Program-made: the position numbers and the translations under genes | Shown here: positions 15,001 through 29,000 of the stretch, piece by piece | Layout of the letters: every line of letters starts with the position of its first letter | Position numbering within the stretch: position 1 is the first letter of the stretch | Source of the DNA: Eledone cirrhosa | Lineage: Eukaryota | NCBI GenBank assembly: GCA_964016885.1 | Contig: OZ024740.1 | Span: 407,030,001-407,094,000 of the forward strand | Direction of reading: 5' to 3' | Length of the DNA: 64,000 nt | The notes under the pieces: generated by a model | Seen by the model: the letters and a program-made list of their open reading frames with translations, nothing else | What the model was told of the DNA's origin: nothing | The model's database searches: none

Positions 15001-18000
15001 CTTTACAGTGTACTGGGTGCATTTTAATGTGGAACTAACGCTACTACTTTACAGTGTACTGGGTGCATTTTAATCAGGAACTAACACTACTACCTTACAA
15101 TGTACTGGGTGCATTTTAATGTGGAACTAACACTACTACCTTACAGTGTACTGGGTGCATTTTAATGTGGAACTAACACTACTACCTTACAGTGTACTGG
15201 GTGCATTTTAATGTGGAACTAACACTACTACCTTACAGTATCCTGGGTGCATTTTAACGTGGAACTAACACTACTACCTTACAGTGTACTGGGTGCATTT
15301 TAATGTGGAACTAACACTACTACCTTACAGTGTACTGGGTGCATTTTAATGTGGAACTAACACTACTACCTTACAGTATCCTGGGTGCATTTTAACGTGG
15401 AACTAACACTACTACCTTACAGTGTACTGAGTGCATTCTAACGTGGAACTAACACTACTATCTTACAGTGTACTGGGTGCATTTTAACGTGGAACTAACA
15501 CTACTACTTTACAGTGTACTGGGTGCATTTTAACGTGGAACTAACACTACTACTTTACAGTGTACTGGGTGCATTTTAACGTGGAACTAACACTACTACT
15601 TTACAGTGTACTGGGTGCATTTTAACGTGGAACTAACACTACTACTTTACAGTGTACTGGGTGCATTTTAACGTGGAACTAACACTACTACTTTACAGTG
15701 TACTGGGTGCATTTTAATGTGGAACTAATACTACTACTTTACAGTGTACTGGGTGCCTTTTAACGTGGAACTAACGCTACTACTTTACAGTGTACTGGGT
15801 GCATTTTAATGTGGAACTAAGACTACTACTTTACAGTGTACTGGGTGCATTTTAACGTGGAACTAACACTACTACTTTACAGTGTACTGGGTGCATTTTA
15901 ATGTGGAACTAACACTACTACTTTACAGTGTACTGGGTGCATTTTAATGTGGAACTAACGCTACTACCTTACAGTGTACTGGGTGCATTTTAACGTGGAA
16001 CTAACACTACTACCTTACAGTGTACTGGGTGCATTTTAACGTGGAACTAACACTACTACTTTACAGTGTACTGGGTGCATTTTAATGTGGAACTAACACT
16101 ACTACTTTACAATGTACTGGGTGCATTTTAATGTGGAACTAACGCTACTACCTTACAGTGTACTGGGTGCATTTTAACGTGGAACTAACACTACTACCTT
16201 ACAGTGTACTGGGTGCATTTTAACGTGGAACTAACAGTACTACTTTACAGTGTACTGGGTGCATTTTAAGGTGGAACTAACGCTACTACTTTACAGTGTA
16301 CTGGGTGCATTTTAATGTGGAACTAACACTACTACTTTACAGTGTACTGGGTGCATTTTAACGTGGAACTAACACTATTACTTTACAGTGTACTGGGTGC
16401 ATTTTAACGTGGAACTAACACTACTACTTTACAGTGTACTGGGTGCATTTTAATGTGGAACTAACGCTACTACTTTACAGTGTACTGGGTGCATTTTAAC
16501 GTGGAACTAACGCTACTTCTTTACAGTGTACTGGGTGCATTTTAACGTGGAACTTACACTACTACCTTACAGTGTACTGGGTGCATTTTAATGTGGAACT
16601 AACAGTACTACTTTACAGTGTACTGGGTGCATTTTAACGTGGAACTAACGCTACTACTTTACAGTGTACTGGGTGCATTTTAATGTGGAACTAACACTAC
16701 TACTTTACAGTGTACTGGGTGCATTTTAACGTGGAACTAACACTATTACTTTACAGTGTACTGGGTGCATTTTAACGTGGAACTAACACTACTACTTTAC
16801 AGTGTACTGGGTGCATTTTAATGTGGAACTAACGCTACTACTTTACAGTGTACTGGGTGCATTTTAATGTGGAACTAACACTACTGCCTTACAGTGTACT
16901 GCGTGCATTTTAATGTGGAACTAACACTACTACCTTACAGTGTACTGGGTGCATTTTAACGTGGAACTAACACTACTACCTTACAGTGTACTGGGTGCAT
17001 TTTAATGTGGAACTAACACTACTACCTTACAGTGTACTGGGTGCATTTTAATGTGGAACTAACACTACTACCTTACAGTGTCCTGGGTGCATTTTAACGT
17101 GGAACTAACACTACTACCTTACAGTGTACTGGGTGCATTCTAACGTGGAACTAACACTACTATCTTACAGTGTACTGGGTGCATTTTAACGTGGAACTAA
17201 TACTACTACTTTACAGTGTACTGGGTGCATTTTAACGTGGAACTAACACTACTACTTTACAGTGTACTGGGTGCATTTTAACGTGGAACTAACGCTACTA
17301 CTTTACAGTGTACTGGGTGCATTTTAATGTGGAACTAACACTACTACTTTACAGTGTACTGGGTGCATTTTAACGTGGAACTAACACTACTAGCTTACTG
17401 TGTACTGGCTGCATTTTAACGTGGAACTAACACTACTACTTTACAGTGTACTGGGTGCATTTTAATGTGGAACTAACGCTACTACCTTACAGTGTACTGG
17501 GTGCATTTTAACGTGGAACTAACACTACTACCTTACAGTGTACTGGGTGCATTTTAACGTGGAACTAACACTACTACTTTACAGTGTACTGGGTGCATTT
17601 TAACGTGGAACTAACACTACTACTTTACAGTGTACTGGGTGCATTTTAACGTGGAACTAACGCTACTACTTTACAGTGTACTGGGTGCATTTTAATGTGG
17701 AACTAACACTACTACTTTACAGTGTACTCGTTGCATTTTAACGTGGAACTAACACTATTACTTTACAGTGTACTGGGTGCATTTTAACGTGGAACTAACA
17801 CTACTACTTTACAGTGTACTGGGTGCATTTTAATGTGGAACTAACGCTACTACTTTACAGTGTACTGGGTGCATTTTAATGTGCAACTAACACTACTGCC
17901 TTACAGTGTACTGCGTGCATTTTAATGTGGAACTAACACTACTACCTTACAGTGTACTGGGTGCATTTTAATGTGGAACTAACACTACTATCTTACAGTG

Positions 18001-18729
18001 TACTGGGTGCATTTTAATGTGGAACTAACACTACTACCTTACAGTGTACTGGGTGCATTTTAATGTGGAACTAACACTACTACCTTACAGTGTACTGGGT
18101 GCATTTTAACGTGGAACTAACACTACTACTTTACAGTGTACTGGGTGCATTTTAACGTGGAACTAACACTACTACTTTACAGTGTACTGGGTGCATTTTA
18201 ACGTGGAACTAACACTACTACTTTACAGTGTACTGGGTGCATTTTAATGTGGAACTAACGCTACTACTTTACAGTGTACTGGGTGCATTTTAACGTGGTA
18301 CTAACGCTACTACTTTACAGTGTACTGGGTGCATTTTAATGTGGAACTAACACTACTACTTTACTGTGTACTGGGTGCATTTTAACGTAGAACTAACACT
18401 ACTACTTTACAGTGCACTGGGTGCATTTTAACGTGGAACTAACACTACTACTTTACAGTGTACTGGGTGCATTTTAACGTGGAACTAACACTACTACTTT
18501 ACAGTGTACTGGGTGCATTTTAACGTGGAACTAACACTACTACTTTACAGTGCACTGGGTGCATTTTAACGTGGAACTAACACTACTGCCTTACAGTGTA
18601 CTGGGTGCATTTTAATGTGGATCTAACACTACTACCTTACAGTGTACTGGGTGCATTTTAATGTGGAACTAACACTACTACTTTACAGTGTACTGGGTGC
18701 ATTTTAATGTGGAACTAACACTACTACTT
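1..18729. repeat. 46-bp tandem satellite, ~407 units, runs off the left edge; consensus CACTACTACTTTACAGTGTACTGGGTGCATTTTAAYGTGGAACTAA
   Basis: Unit restarts at 1, 47, 93, 231, 1381 (multiples of 46). Only point variants and two 2-bp deletions (~2685, ~4753). Degenerate units continue to ~18910. Confidence 0.98.
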
Positions 18730-19249
18730 GGCAGGGTATTGAATGCATTTTAATGTAGTACCAGCACTTTTACTTTAGTGTACGGGGGGGGGGGGGCAGT
18801 TTATCGAGGCACCAGCATCACCACATTATAGTGTACTGCATGCATGTTATTGTTGTGTCTGCATTACCACTAGACAGTGTATTGGATGACACCAGCACTA
18901 CCACATTACAGGGTGTAGTGGAGGCAAGATTATTGGAATCATTTTACTTAATCTAACTTCTAGTGGCATGGAGGGGCATTTCTCTTTGATTGCTATTTTC
19001 TTTTTATAAGTCAACAGAGGTTGAAAGGTCATATTCCACAACATTTTGCAGGTATTCCAAGATTAATGAGATTGATGAAGCTAATGGCTAGCTTGAACAA
19101 ATATATGCAGATCAATTTTGGCAGGAAAAACATAGGTGTACAAGAAATTTCTGTAGTAAAGTGAATTCATCTAAAGGCACCTAAGGTCCAGTTGATGGAG
19201 TCAATCATGGCCTTGTTGAGGCACAACTTCTTCACCCACTTAGTCATGG

Positions 19250-20079
19250 GAGGGTTGTGAGGATAGTCCTTAAGTACTTTTTCTAGTGGTTCCTTTTAGA
19301 AGCAACCATCTCCAATTGATCCAGCTATATCCCCAAGGAAGACCAGCTGAGCTCGTGGATGTTATCTAACCATCTTGCTCAGTGTCTACCCTTGGGTCTC
19401 ATGCCAGCTGGTTTTTCCCATAAAATCTGTCCTACAATTCTTTCCTGAGACATTCTAACCATATGTCTGTAATATCAGAGCTGTAATCTCTCAATTCAGA
19501 ATGTGGCAGCTCTAGCTAGAGCAACTCTCTAATATCTGAGTTACACACTCCATCAAGTAATATTACTGCAAAGATCCTTCGGAGCAACCCCATTTTGGCC
19601 GCTTGTATTCAAAATTGTATTCTTTCGGTCATTACCCAAGATTGATGACCATATGTAAGGGTTGGCACAAATACTGAATTGAAGATTGCGAGTTTGGCTT
19701 TTATACTTACCAACCTTCTTCTGGTGACTGAATTCTGAAGTTGGCACATTACTGGACCACCTTCTGCAATTCTTGCAATCAATTCAGCTTCCTGCCTTCC
19801 ATCACTTGTGAACATGGTACTGAGATACTTGAATTTCTCCACCTGCTTCAGTTGTAGAGTGTACTGTACAGGCTTCTTTGAGAAGACGAGTGTCTCAGTC
19901 TTCACAGCACTGATTTTCATTCCTACTGTACAGGACTTGGCATCAAATCTATCAAGTGCATGTCAAAGATCAGTAGAGTTAAGTAGCACGTTATCTGCCA
20001 ATTCCAGCCAACTGTTCCTACATTTGCCCCTCTTGACATCTCTTCCAGCATGGCTACAAACATCAATCCTGTCCATGAA
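19250..20079 (-). mobile_element. Decayed RTE-clade LINE, 3' part of RT ORF (from motif C to the C-terminus)
   Basis: Minus-strand translation FIIFMDRID...LADNVLL (FADD-like)...MKISAVKTE...QVEKFKYL...KAKLAIFNSVFVPTLTYGHQSWVMTER...RPKGRH*ARWLDNI matches RTE RT C-terminal motifs. Stops and frameshifts present. Confidence 0.88.
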
Positions 20080-23000
20080 TATAATGAACAGGACAGGTAA
20101 CAGCACTCTTGGCAGAGTCCAATCCCCACTATAATGAACAGGACAGGTGACAGCACTCTTGGCAGAGTCCAATCCCCACTATAATGAACAGGACAGGTGA
20201 CAGCACTCTTGGCAGTGTCCAATCCCCACTATAATGAACAGGACAGGTGACAGCACTCTTGGCAGAGTCCAATCCCCACTATAATGAACAGGACAGGTGA
20301 CAGCACTCTTGGCAGAGTCCAATCACCACTATAATGAACAGGACAGGTAACAGCACTCTTGGCAGAGTCCAATCCCCACTATAATGAACAGGACAGGTGA
20401 AAGCAATCTTGGCAGAGTCCAATCCCCACTATAATGAACAGGACAGGTGACAGCACTATTGGCAGTGTCCAATCCCCACTATAATGAACAGGACAAGTAA
20501 CAGCACTCTTGGCAGAGTCCAATCCCCACTATAATGAACAGGACAGGTGACAGCACTCTTGGCAGTGTCCAATCCCCACTATAATGAACAGGACAGGTAA
20601 CAGCAGTCTTGGCAGAGTCCAATCCCCACTATAATGAACAGGACAGGTAACAGCACTCTTGGCAGAGTCCAATCCCCACTATAATGAACAGGACAGGTGA
20701 CAGCACTCTTGGCAGAGTCCAATCCCCACTATAATGAACAGGACAGGTGACAGCACTCTTGGCAGAGTCCAATCCCCACTATAATGAACAGGACAGGTGA
20801 AAGCACTCTTGGCAGAGTCCAATCCCCACTATAATGAACAGGACAGGTGACAGCACTCTTGGCAGAGTCCAATCCCCACTATAATGAACAGGACAGGTGA
20901 AAGCACTCTTGGCAGAGTCCAATCCCCACTATAATGAACAGGACAGGTGACAGCACTCTTGGCAGAGTCCAATCCCCACTATAATGAACAGGACAGGTGA
21001 AAGCACTCTTGGCAGAGTCCAATCCCCACTATAATGAACAGGACAGGTGACAGCACTCTTGGCAGAGTCCAATCCCCACTATAATGAACAGGACAGGTGA
21101 CAGCACTCTTGGCAGAGTCCAATCCCCACTATAATGAACAGGACAGGTGACAGCACTCTTGGCAGTGTCCAATCCCCACTATAATGAACAGGACAGGTGA
21201 CAGCACTCTTGGCAGAGTCCAATCACCACTATAATGAACAGGACAGGTGACAGCACTCTTGGCAGTGTCCAATCCCCACTATAATGAACAGGACAGGTGA
21301 CAGCACTCTTGGCAGAGTCCAATCCCCACTATAATGAACAGGACAGGTGACAGCACTCTTGGCAGAGTCCAATCCTCACTATAATGAACAGGACAGGTGA
21401 AAGCACTCTTGGCAGAGTCCAATCCCCACTATAATGAACAGGACAGGTGAGAGCACTCTTGGCAGAGTCCAATCCCCACTAAAATGAACAGGACAGGTGA
21501 CAGCACTCTTGGCAGAGTCCAATCCCCACTATAATGAACAGGACAGGTGACAGCACTCTTGGCAGAGTCCAATCCCCACTATAATGAACAGGACAGGTGA
21601 CAGCACTCTTGGCAGAGTCCAATCCCCACTATAATGAACAGGACAGGTAACAGCACTCTTGGCAGAGTCCAATCCCCACTATAATGAACAGGACAGGTGA
21701 CAGCACTCTTGGCAGAGTCCAATCCCCACTATAATGAACAGGACAGGTGACAGCACTCTTGGCAGAGTCCAATCCCCACTATAATGAACAGGACAGGTGA
21801 CAGCACTCTTGGCAGAGTCCAATCCCCACTATAATGAACAGGACAGGTGACAGCACTCTTGGCAGAGTCCAATCCCCACTATAATGAACAGGACAGGTAA
21901 CAGCACTCTTGGCAGAGTCCAATCCCCACTATAATGAACAGGACAGGTGACAGCACTCTTGGCAGAGTCCAATCCCCACTAAAATGAACAGGACAGGTGA
22001 CAGCACTCTTGGCAGAGTCCAATCCCCACTATAATGAACAGGACAGGTGACAGCACTCTTGGCAGAGTCCAATCCCCACTATAATGAACAGGACAGGTGA
22101 CAGCACTCTTGGCAGAGTCCAATCCCCACTATAATGAACAGGACAGGTGACAGCATTCTTGGCAGAGTCCAATCCCCACTATAATGAACAGGACAGGTGA
22201 AAGCACTCTTGGCAGAGTCCAATCCCCACTATAATGAACAGGACAGGTGACAGCACTCTTGGCAGAGTCCAATCCCCACTATAATGAACAGGACAGGTGA
22301 CAGCACTCTTGGCAGAGTCCAATCCCCACTATAATGAACAGGACAGGTGACAGCACTCTTGGCAGAGTCCAATCCCCACTATAATGAACAGGACAGGTGA
22401 CAGCACTCTTGGCAGAGTCCAATCCCCACTATAATGAACAGGACAGGTGACAGCACTCTTGGCAGAGTCCAATCCCCACTATAATGAACAGGACAGGTGA
22501 CAGCACTCTTGGCAGAGTCCAATCCCCACTATAATGAACAGGACAGGTGACAGCACTCTTGGCAGAGTCCAATCCCCACTATAATGAACAGGACAGGTGA
22601 CAGCACTCTTGGCAGAGTCCAATCCCCACTATAATGAACAGGACAGGTGACAGCACTCTTGGCAGAGTCCAATCCCCACTATAATGAACAGGACAGGTGA
22701 CAGCACTCTTGGCAGTGTCCAATCCCCACTATAATGAACAGGACAGGTGACAGCACTCTTGGCAGAGTCCAATCCCCACTATAATGAACAGGACAGGTGA
22801 CAGCACTCTTGGCAGAGTCCAATCCCCACTATAATGAACAGGACAGGTAACAGCACTCTTGGCAGAGTCCAATCCCCACTATAATGAACAGGACAGGTAA
22901 CAGCACTCTTGGCAGAGTCCAATCCCCACTATAATGAACAGGACAGGTGACAGCACTCTTGGCAGTGTCCAATCCCCACTATAATGAACAGGACAGGTAA

Positions 23001-26000
23001 CAGCACTCTTGGCAGAGTCCAATCCCCACTATAATGAACAGGACAGGTGAAAGCACTCTTGGCAGAGTCCAATCCCCACTATAATGAACAGGACAGGTGA
23101 CAGCACTCTTGGCAGAGTCCAATCCCCACTATAATGAACAGGACAGGTGACAGCACTCTTGGCAGAGTCCAATCCCCACTATAATGAACAGGACAGGTAA
23201 CAGCACTCTTGGCAGAGTCCAATCCCCACTATAATGAACAGGACAGGTAACAGCACTCTTGGCAGAGTCCAATCCCCAGTATAATGAACAGGACAGGTGA
23301 CAGCACTCTTGGCAGAGTCCAATCCCCACTATAATGAACAGGACAGGTGACAGCACTCTTGGCAGAGTCCAATCCCCACTATAATGAACAGGACAGGTAA
23401 CAGCACTCTTGGCAGAGTCCAATCCCCACTATAATGAACAGGACAGGTAACAGCACTCTTGGCAGAGTCCAATCCCCACTATAATGAACAGGACAGGTGA
23501 CAGCACTCTTGGCAGAGTCCAATCCCCACTATAATGAACAGGACAGGTGACAGCACTCTTGGCAGAGTCCAATCCCCACTATAATGAACAGGACAGGTGA
23601 CAGCACTCTTGGCAGAGTCCAATCCCCACTATAATGAACAGGATAGGTGACAGCACTCTTGGCATGTCCAATCCCCACTATAATGAACAGGACAGGTGAC
23701 AGCACTCTTGGCAGATTCCAATCCCCACTATAATGAACAGGACAGGTGACAGCACTCTTGGCAGAGTCCAATCCCCACTATAATGAACAGGACAGGTAAC
23801 AGCACTCTTGGCAGAGTCCAATCCCCACTATAATGAACAGGACAGGTAACAGCACTCTTGGCAGAGTCCAATCCCCACTATAATGAACAGGACAGGTGAC
23901 AGCACTCTTGGCAGAGTCCAATCCCCACTATAATGAACAGGACAGGTGACAGCACTCTTGGCAGAGTCCAATCCCCACTATAATGAACAGGACAGGTGAC
24001 AGCACTCTTGGCAGAGTCCAATCCCCACTATAATGAACAGGACAGGTGACAGCACTCTTGGCAGAGTCCAATCCCCACTATAATGAACAGGATAGGTGAC
24101 AGCACTCTTGGCATGTCCAATCCCCACTATAATGAACAGGACAGGTGACAGCACTCTTGGCAGATTCCAATCCCCACTATAATGAACAGGGACAGGTGAC
24201 AGCACTCTTGGCAGAGTCCAATCCCCACTATAATGAACAGGACAGGTAACAGCACTCTTGGCAGAGTCCAATCCCCACTATAATGAACAGGACAGGTAAC
24301 AGCACTCTGGCAGAGTCCAATCCCCACTATAATGAACAGGACAGGTGACAGCACTCTTGGCAGTGTCCAATCCCCACTATAATGAACAGGACAGGTGAAA
24401 GCACTCTTGGTAGAGTCCAATCCCCACTATAATGAACAGGACAGGTGACAGCACTCTTGGCAGAGTCCAATCCCCACTATAATGAACAGGACAGGTGACA
24501 GCACTCTTGGCAGAGTCCAATCCCCACTATAATGAACAGGACAGGTGAAAGCACTCTTGGCAGAGTCCAATCCCCACTATAATGAACAGGACAGGTGAAA
24601 GCACTCTTGGCAGAGTCCAATCCCCACTATAATGAACAGGACAGGTGACAGCACTCTTGGCAGAGTCCAATCCCCACTATAATGAACAGGACAGGTAACA
24701 GCACTCTTGGCAGTGTCCAATCCCCACTATAATGAACAGGACAGGTGACAGCACTCTTGGCAGTGTCCAATCCCCACTATAATGAACAGGACAGGTGACA
24801 GCACTCTTGGCAGAGTCCAATCCCCACTATAATGAACAGGACAGGTGACAGCACTCTTGGCAGTGTCCAATCCCCACTATAATGAACAGGACAGGTAACA
24901 GCACTCTTGGCAGAGTCCAATCCCCACTATAATGAACAGGACAGGTAACAGCACTCTTGGCAGAGTCCAATCCCCACTATAATGAACAGGACAGGTAACA
25001 GCACTCTTGGCAGAGTCCAATCCCCACTATAATGAACAGGACAGGTAACAGCACTCTTGGCAGAGTCCAATCCCCACTATAATGAACAGGACAGGTAACA
25101 GCACTCTTGGCAGAGTCCAATCCCCACTATAATGAACAGGACAGGTAACAGCACTCTTGGCAGAGTCCAATCCCCACTATAATGAACAGGACAGGTGACA
25201 GCACTCTTGGCAGAGTCCAATCCCCACTATAATGAACAGGACAGGTGACAGCACTCTTGGCAGTGTCCAATCCCCACTATAATGAACAGGACAGGTGACA
25301 GCACTCTTGGCAGTGTCCAATCCCCACTATAATGAACAGGACAGGTGACAGCACTCTTGGCAGTGTCCAATCCCCACTATAATGAACAGGACAGGTGACA
25401 GCACTCTTGGCAGTGTCCAATCCCCACTATAATGAACAGGACAGGTGACAGCACTCTTGGCAGTGTCCAATCCCCACTATAATGAACAGGACAGGTGACA
25501 GCACTCTTGGCAGAGTCCAATCCCCACTATAATGAACAGGACAGGTGACAGCACTCTTGGCAGAGTCCAATCCCCACTATAATGAACAGGACAGGTGACA
25601 GCACTCTTGGCAGTGTCCAATCCCCACTATAATGAACAGGACAGGTAACAGCACTCTTGGCAGAGTCCAATCCCCACTATAATGAACAGGACAGGTAACA
25701 GCACTCTTGGCAGAGTCCAATCCCCACTATAATGAACAGGACAGGTAACAGCACTCTTGGCAGTGTCCAATCCCCACTATAATGAACAGGACAGGTGACA
25801 GCACTCTTGGCAGAGTCCAATCCCCACTATAATGAACAGGACAGGTAACAGCACTCTTGGCAGAGTCCAATCCCCACTATAATGAACAGGACAGGTGAAA
25901 GCACTCTTGGCAGAGTCCAATCCCCACTATAATGAACAGGACAGGTGACAGCACTCTTGGCAGAGTCCAATCCCCACTATAATGAACAGGACAGGTGACA

Positions 26001-29000
26001 GCACTCTTGGCAGAGTCCAATCCCCACTATAATGAACAGGACAGGTGACAGCACTCTTGGCAGAGTCCAATCCCCACTATAATGAACAGGACAGGTAACA
26101 GCACTCTTGGCAGAGTCCAATCCCCGCTATAATGAACAGGACAGGTGACAGCACTCTTGGCAGAGTCCAATCCCCACTATAATGAACAGGACAGGTGACA
26201 GCACTCTTGGCAGAGTCCAATCCCCACTATAATGAACAGGACAGGTGACAGCACTCTTGGCAGAGTCCAATCCCCACTATAATGAACAGGACAGGTGACA
26301 GCACTCTTGGCAGTGTCCAATCCCCACTATAATGAACAGGACAGGTGACAGCACTCTTGGCAGTGTCCAATCCCCACTATAATGAACAGGACAGGTGACA
26401 GCACTCTTGGCAGAGTCCAATCCCCACTATAATGAACAGGACAGGTGACAGCACTCTTGGCAGAGTCCAATCCCCACTATAATGAACAGGACAGGTGACA
26501 GCACTCTTGGCAGAGTCCAATCCCCACTATAATGAACAGGACAGGTGAAAGCACTCTTGGCAGAGTCCAATCCCCACTATAATGAACAGGACAGGTGACA
26601 GCACTCTTGGCAGAGTCCAATCCCCACTATAATGAACAGGACAGGTAACAGCACTCTTGGCAGAGTCCAATCCCCACTATAAAGAACAGGACAGGTGACA
26701 GCACTCTTGGCAGAGTCCAATCCCCACTATAATGAACAGGACAGGTGACAGCACTCTTGGCAGAGTCCAATCCCCACTATAATGAACAGGACAGGTGACA
26801 GCACTCTTGGCAGAGTCCAATCCCCACTATAATGAACAGGACAGGTAACAGCACTCTTGGCAGAGTCCAATCCCCACTATAATGAACAGGACAGGTGACA
26901 GCACTCTTGGCAGAGTCCAATCCCCACTATAATGAACAGGACAGGTGACAGCACTCTTGGCAGAGTCCAATCCCCACTATAATGAACAGGACAGGTGAAA
27001 GCACTCTTGGCAGAGTCCAATCCCCACTATAATGAACAGGACAGGTGACAGCACTCTTGGCAGAGTCCAATCCCCACTATAATGAACAGGACAGGTGAAA
27101 GCACTCTTGGCAGAGTCCAATCCCCACTATAATGAACAGGACAGGTGAAAGCACTCTTGGCAGAGTCCAATCCCCACTATAATGAACAGGACAGGTGACA
27201 GCACTCTTGGCAGAGTCCAATCCCCACTATAATGAACAGGACAGGTGACAGCACTCTTGGCAGAGTCCAATCCCCACTATAATGAACAGGACAGGTAACA
27301 GCACTCTTGGCAGAGTCCAATCCCCACTATAATGAACAGGACAGGTGACAGCACTCTTGGCAGAGTCCAATCCCCACTATAATGAACAGGACAGGTGACA
27401 GCACTCTTGGCAGAGTCCAATCCCCACTATAATGAACAGGACAGGTGAAAGCACTCTTGGCAGAGTCCAATCCCCACTATAATGAACAGGACAGGTGACA
27501 GCACTCTTGGCAGAGTCCAATCCCCACTATAATGAACAGGACAGGTGACAGCACTCTTGGCAGAGTCCAATCCCCACTATAATGAACAGGACAGGTGAAA
27601 GCACTCTTGGCAGAGTCCAATCCCCACTATAATGAACAGGACAGGTGAAAGCACTCTTGGCAGAGTCCAATCCCCACTATAATGAACAGGACAGGTAACA
27701 GCACTCTTGGCAGAGTCCAATCCCCACTATAATGAACAGGACAGGTGACAGCACTCTTGGCAGTGTCCAATCCCCACTATAATGAACAGGACAGGTGACA
27801 GCACTCTTGGCAGTGTCCAATCCCCACTATAATGAACAGGACAGGTGACAGCACTCTTGGCAGTGTCCAATCCCCACTATAATGAACAGGACAGGTGACA
27901 GCACTCTTGGCAGTGTCCAATCCCCACTATAATGAACAGGACAGGTGACAGCACTCTTGGCAGAGTCCAATCCCCACTATAATGAACAGGACAGGTGACA
28001 GCACTCTTGGCAGAGTCCAATCCCCACTATAATGAACAGGACAGGTGACAGCACTCTTGGCAGTGTCCAATCCCCACTATAATGAACAGGACAGGTAACA
28101 GCACTCTTGGCAGAGTCCAATCCCCACTATAATGAACAGGACAGGTAACAGCACTCTTGGCAGAGTCCAATCCCCACTATAATGAACAGGACAGGTAACA
28201 GCACTCTTGGCAGTGTCCAATCCCCACTATAATGAACAGGACAGGTGACAGCACTCTTGGCAGAGTCCAATCCCCACTATAATGAACAGGACAGGTAACA
28301 GCACTCTTGGCAGAGTCCAATCCCCACTATAATGAACAGGACAGGTGAAAGCACTCTTGGCAGAGTCCAATCCCCACTATAATGAACAGGACAGGTGACA
28401 GCACTCTTGGCAGAGTCCAATCCCCACTATAATGAACAGGACAGGTGACAGCACTCTTGGCAGAGTCCAATCCCCACTATAATGAACAGGACAGGTGACA
28501 GCACTCTTGGCAGAGTCCAATCCCCACTATAATGAACAGGACAGGTAACAGCACTCTTGGCAGAGTCCAATCCCCACTATAATGAACAGGACAGGTGACA
28601 GCACTCTTGGCAGAGTCCAATCCCCACTATAATGAACAGGACAGGTGACAGCACTCTTGGCAGAGTCCAATCCCCACTATAATGAACAGGACAGGTGACA
28701 GCACTCTTGGCAGTGTCCAATCCCCACTATAATGAACAGGACAGGTGACAGCACTCTTGGCAGTGTCCAATCCCCACTATAATGAACAGGACAGGTGACA
28801 GCACTCTTGGCAGAGTCCAATCCCCACTATAATGAACAGGACAGGTGACAGCACTCTTGGCAGAGTCCAATCCCCACTATAATGAACAGGACAGGTGACA
28901 GCACTCTTGGCAGAGTCCAATCCCCACTATAATGAACAGGACAGGTGAAAGCACTCTTGGCAGAGTCCAATCCCCACTATAATGAACAGGACAGGTGACA

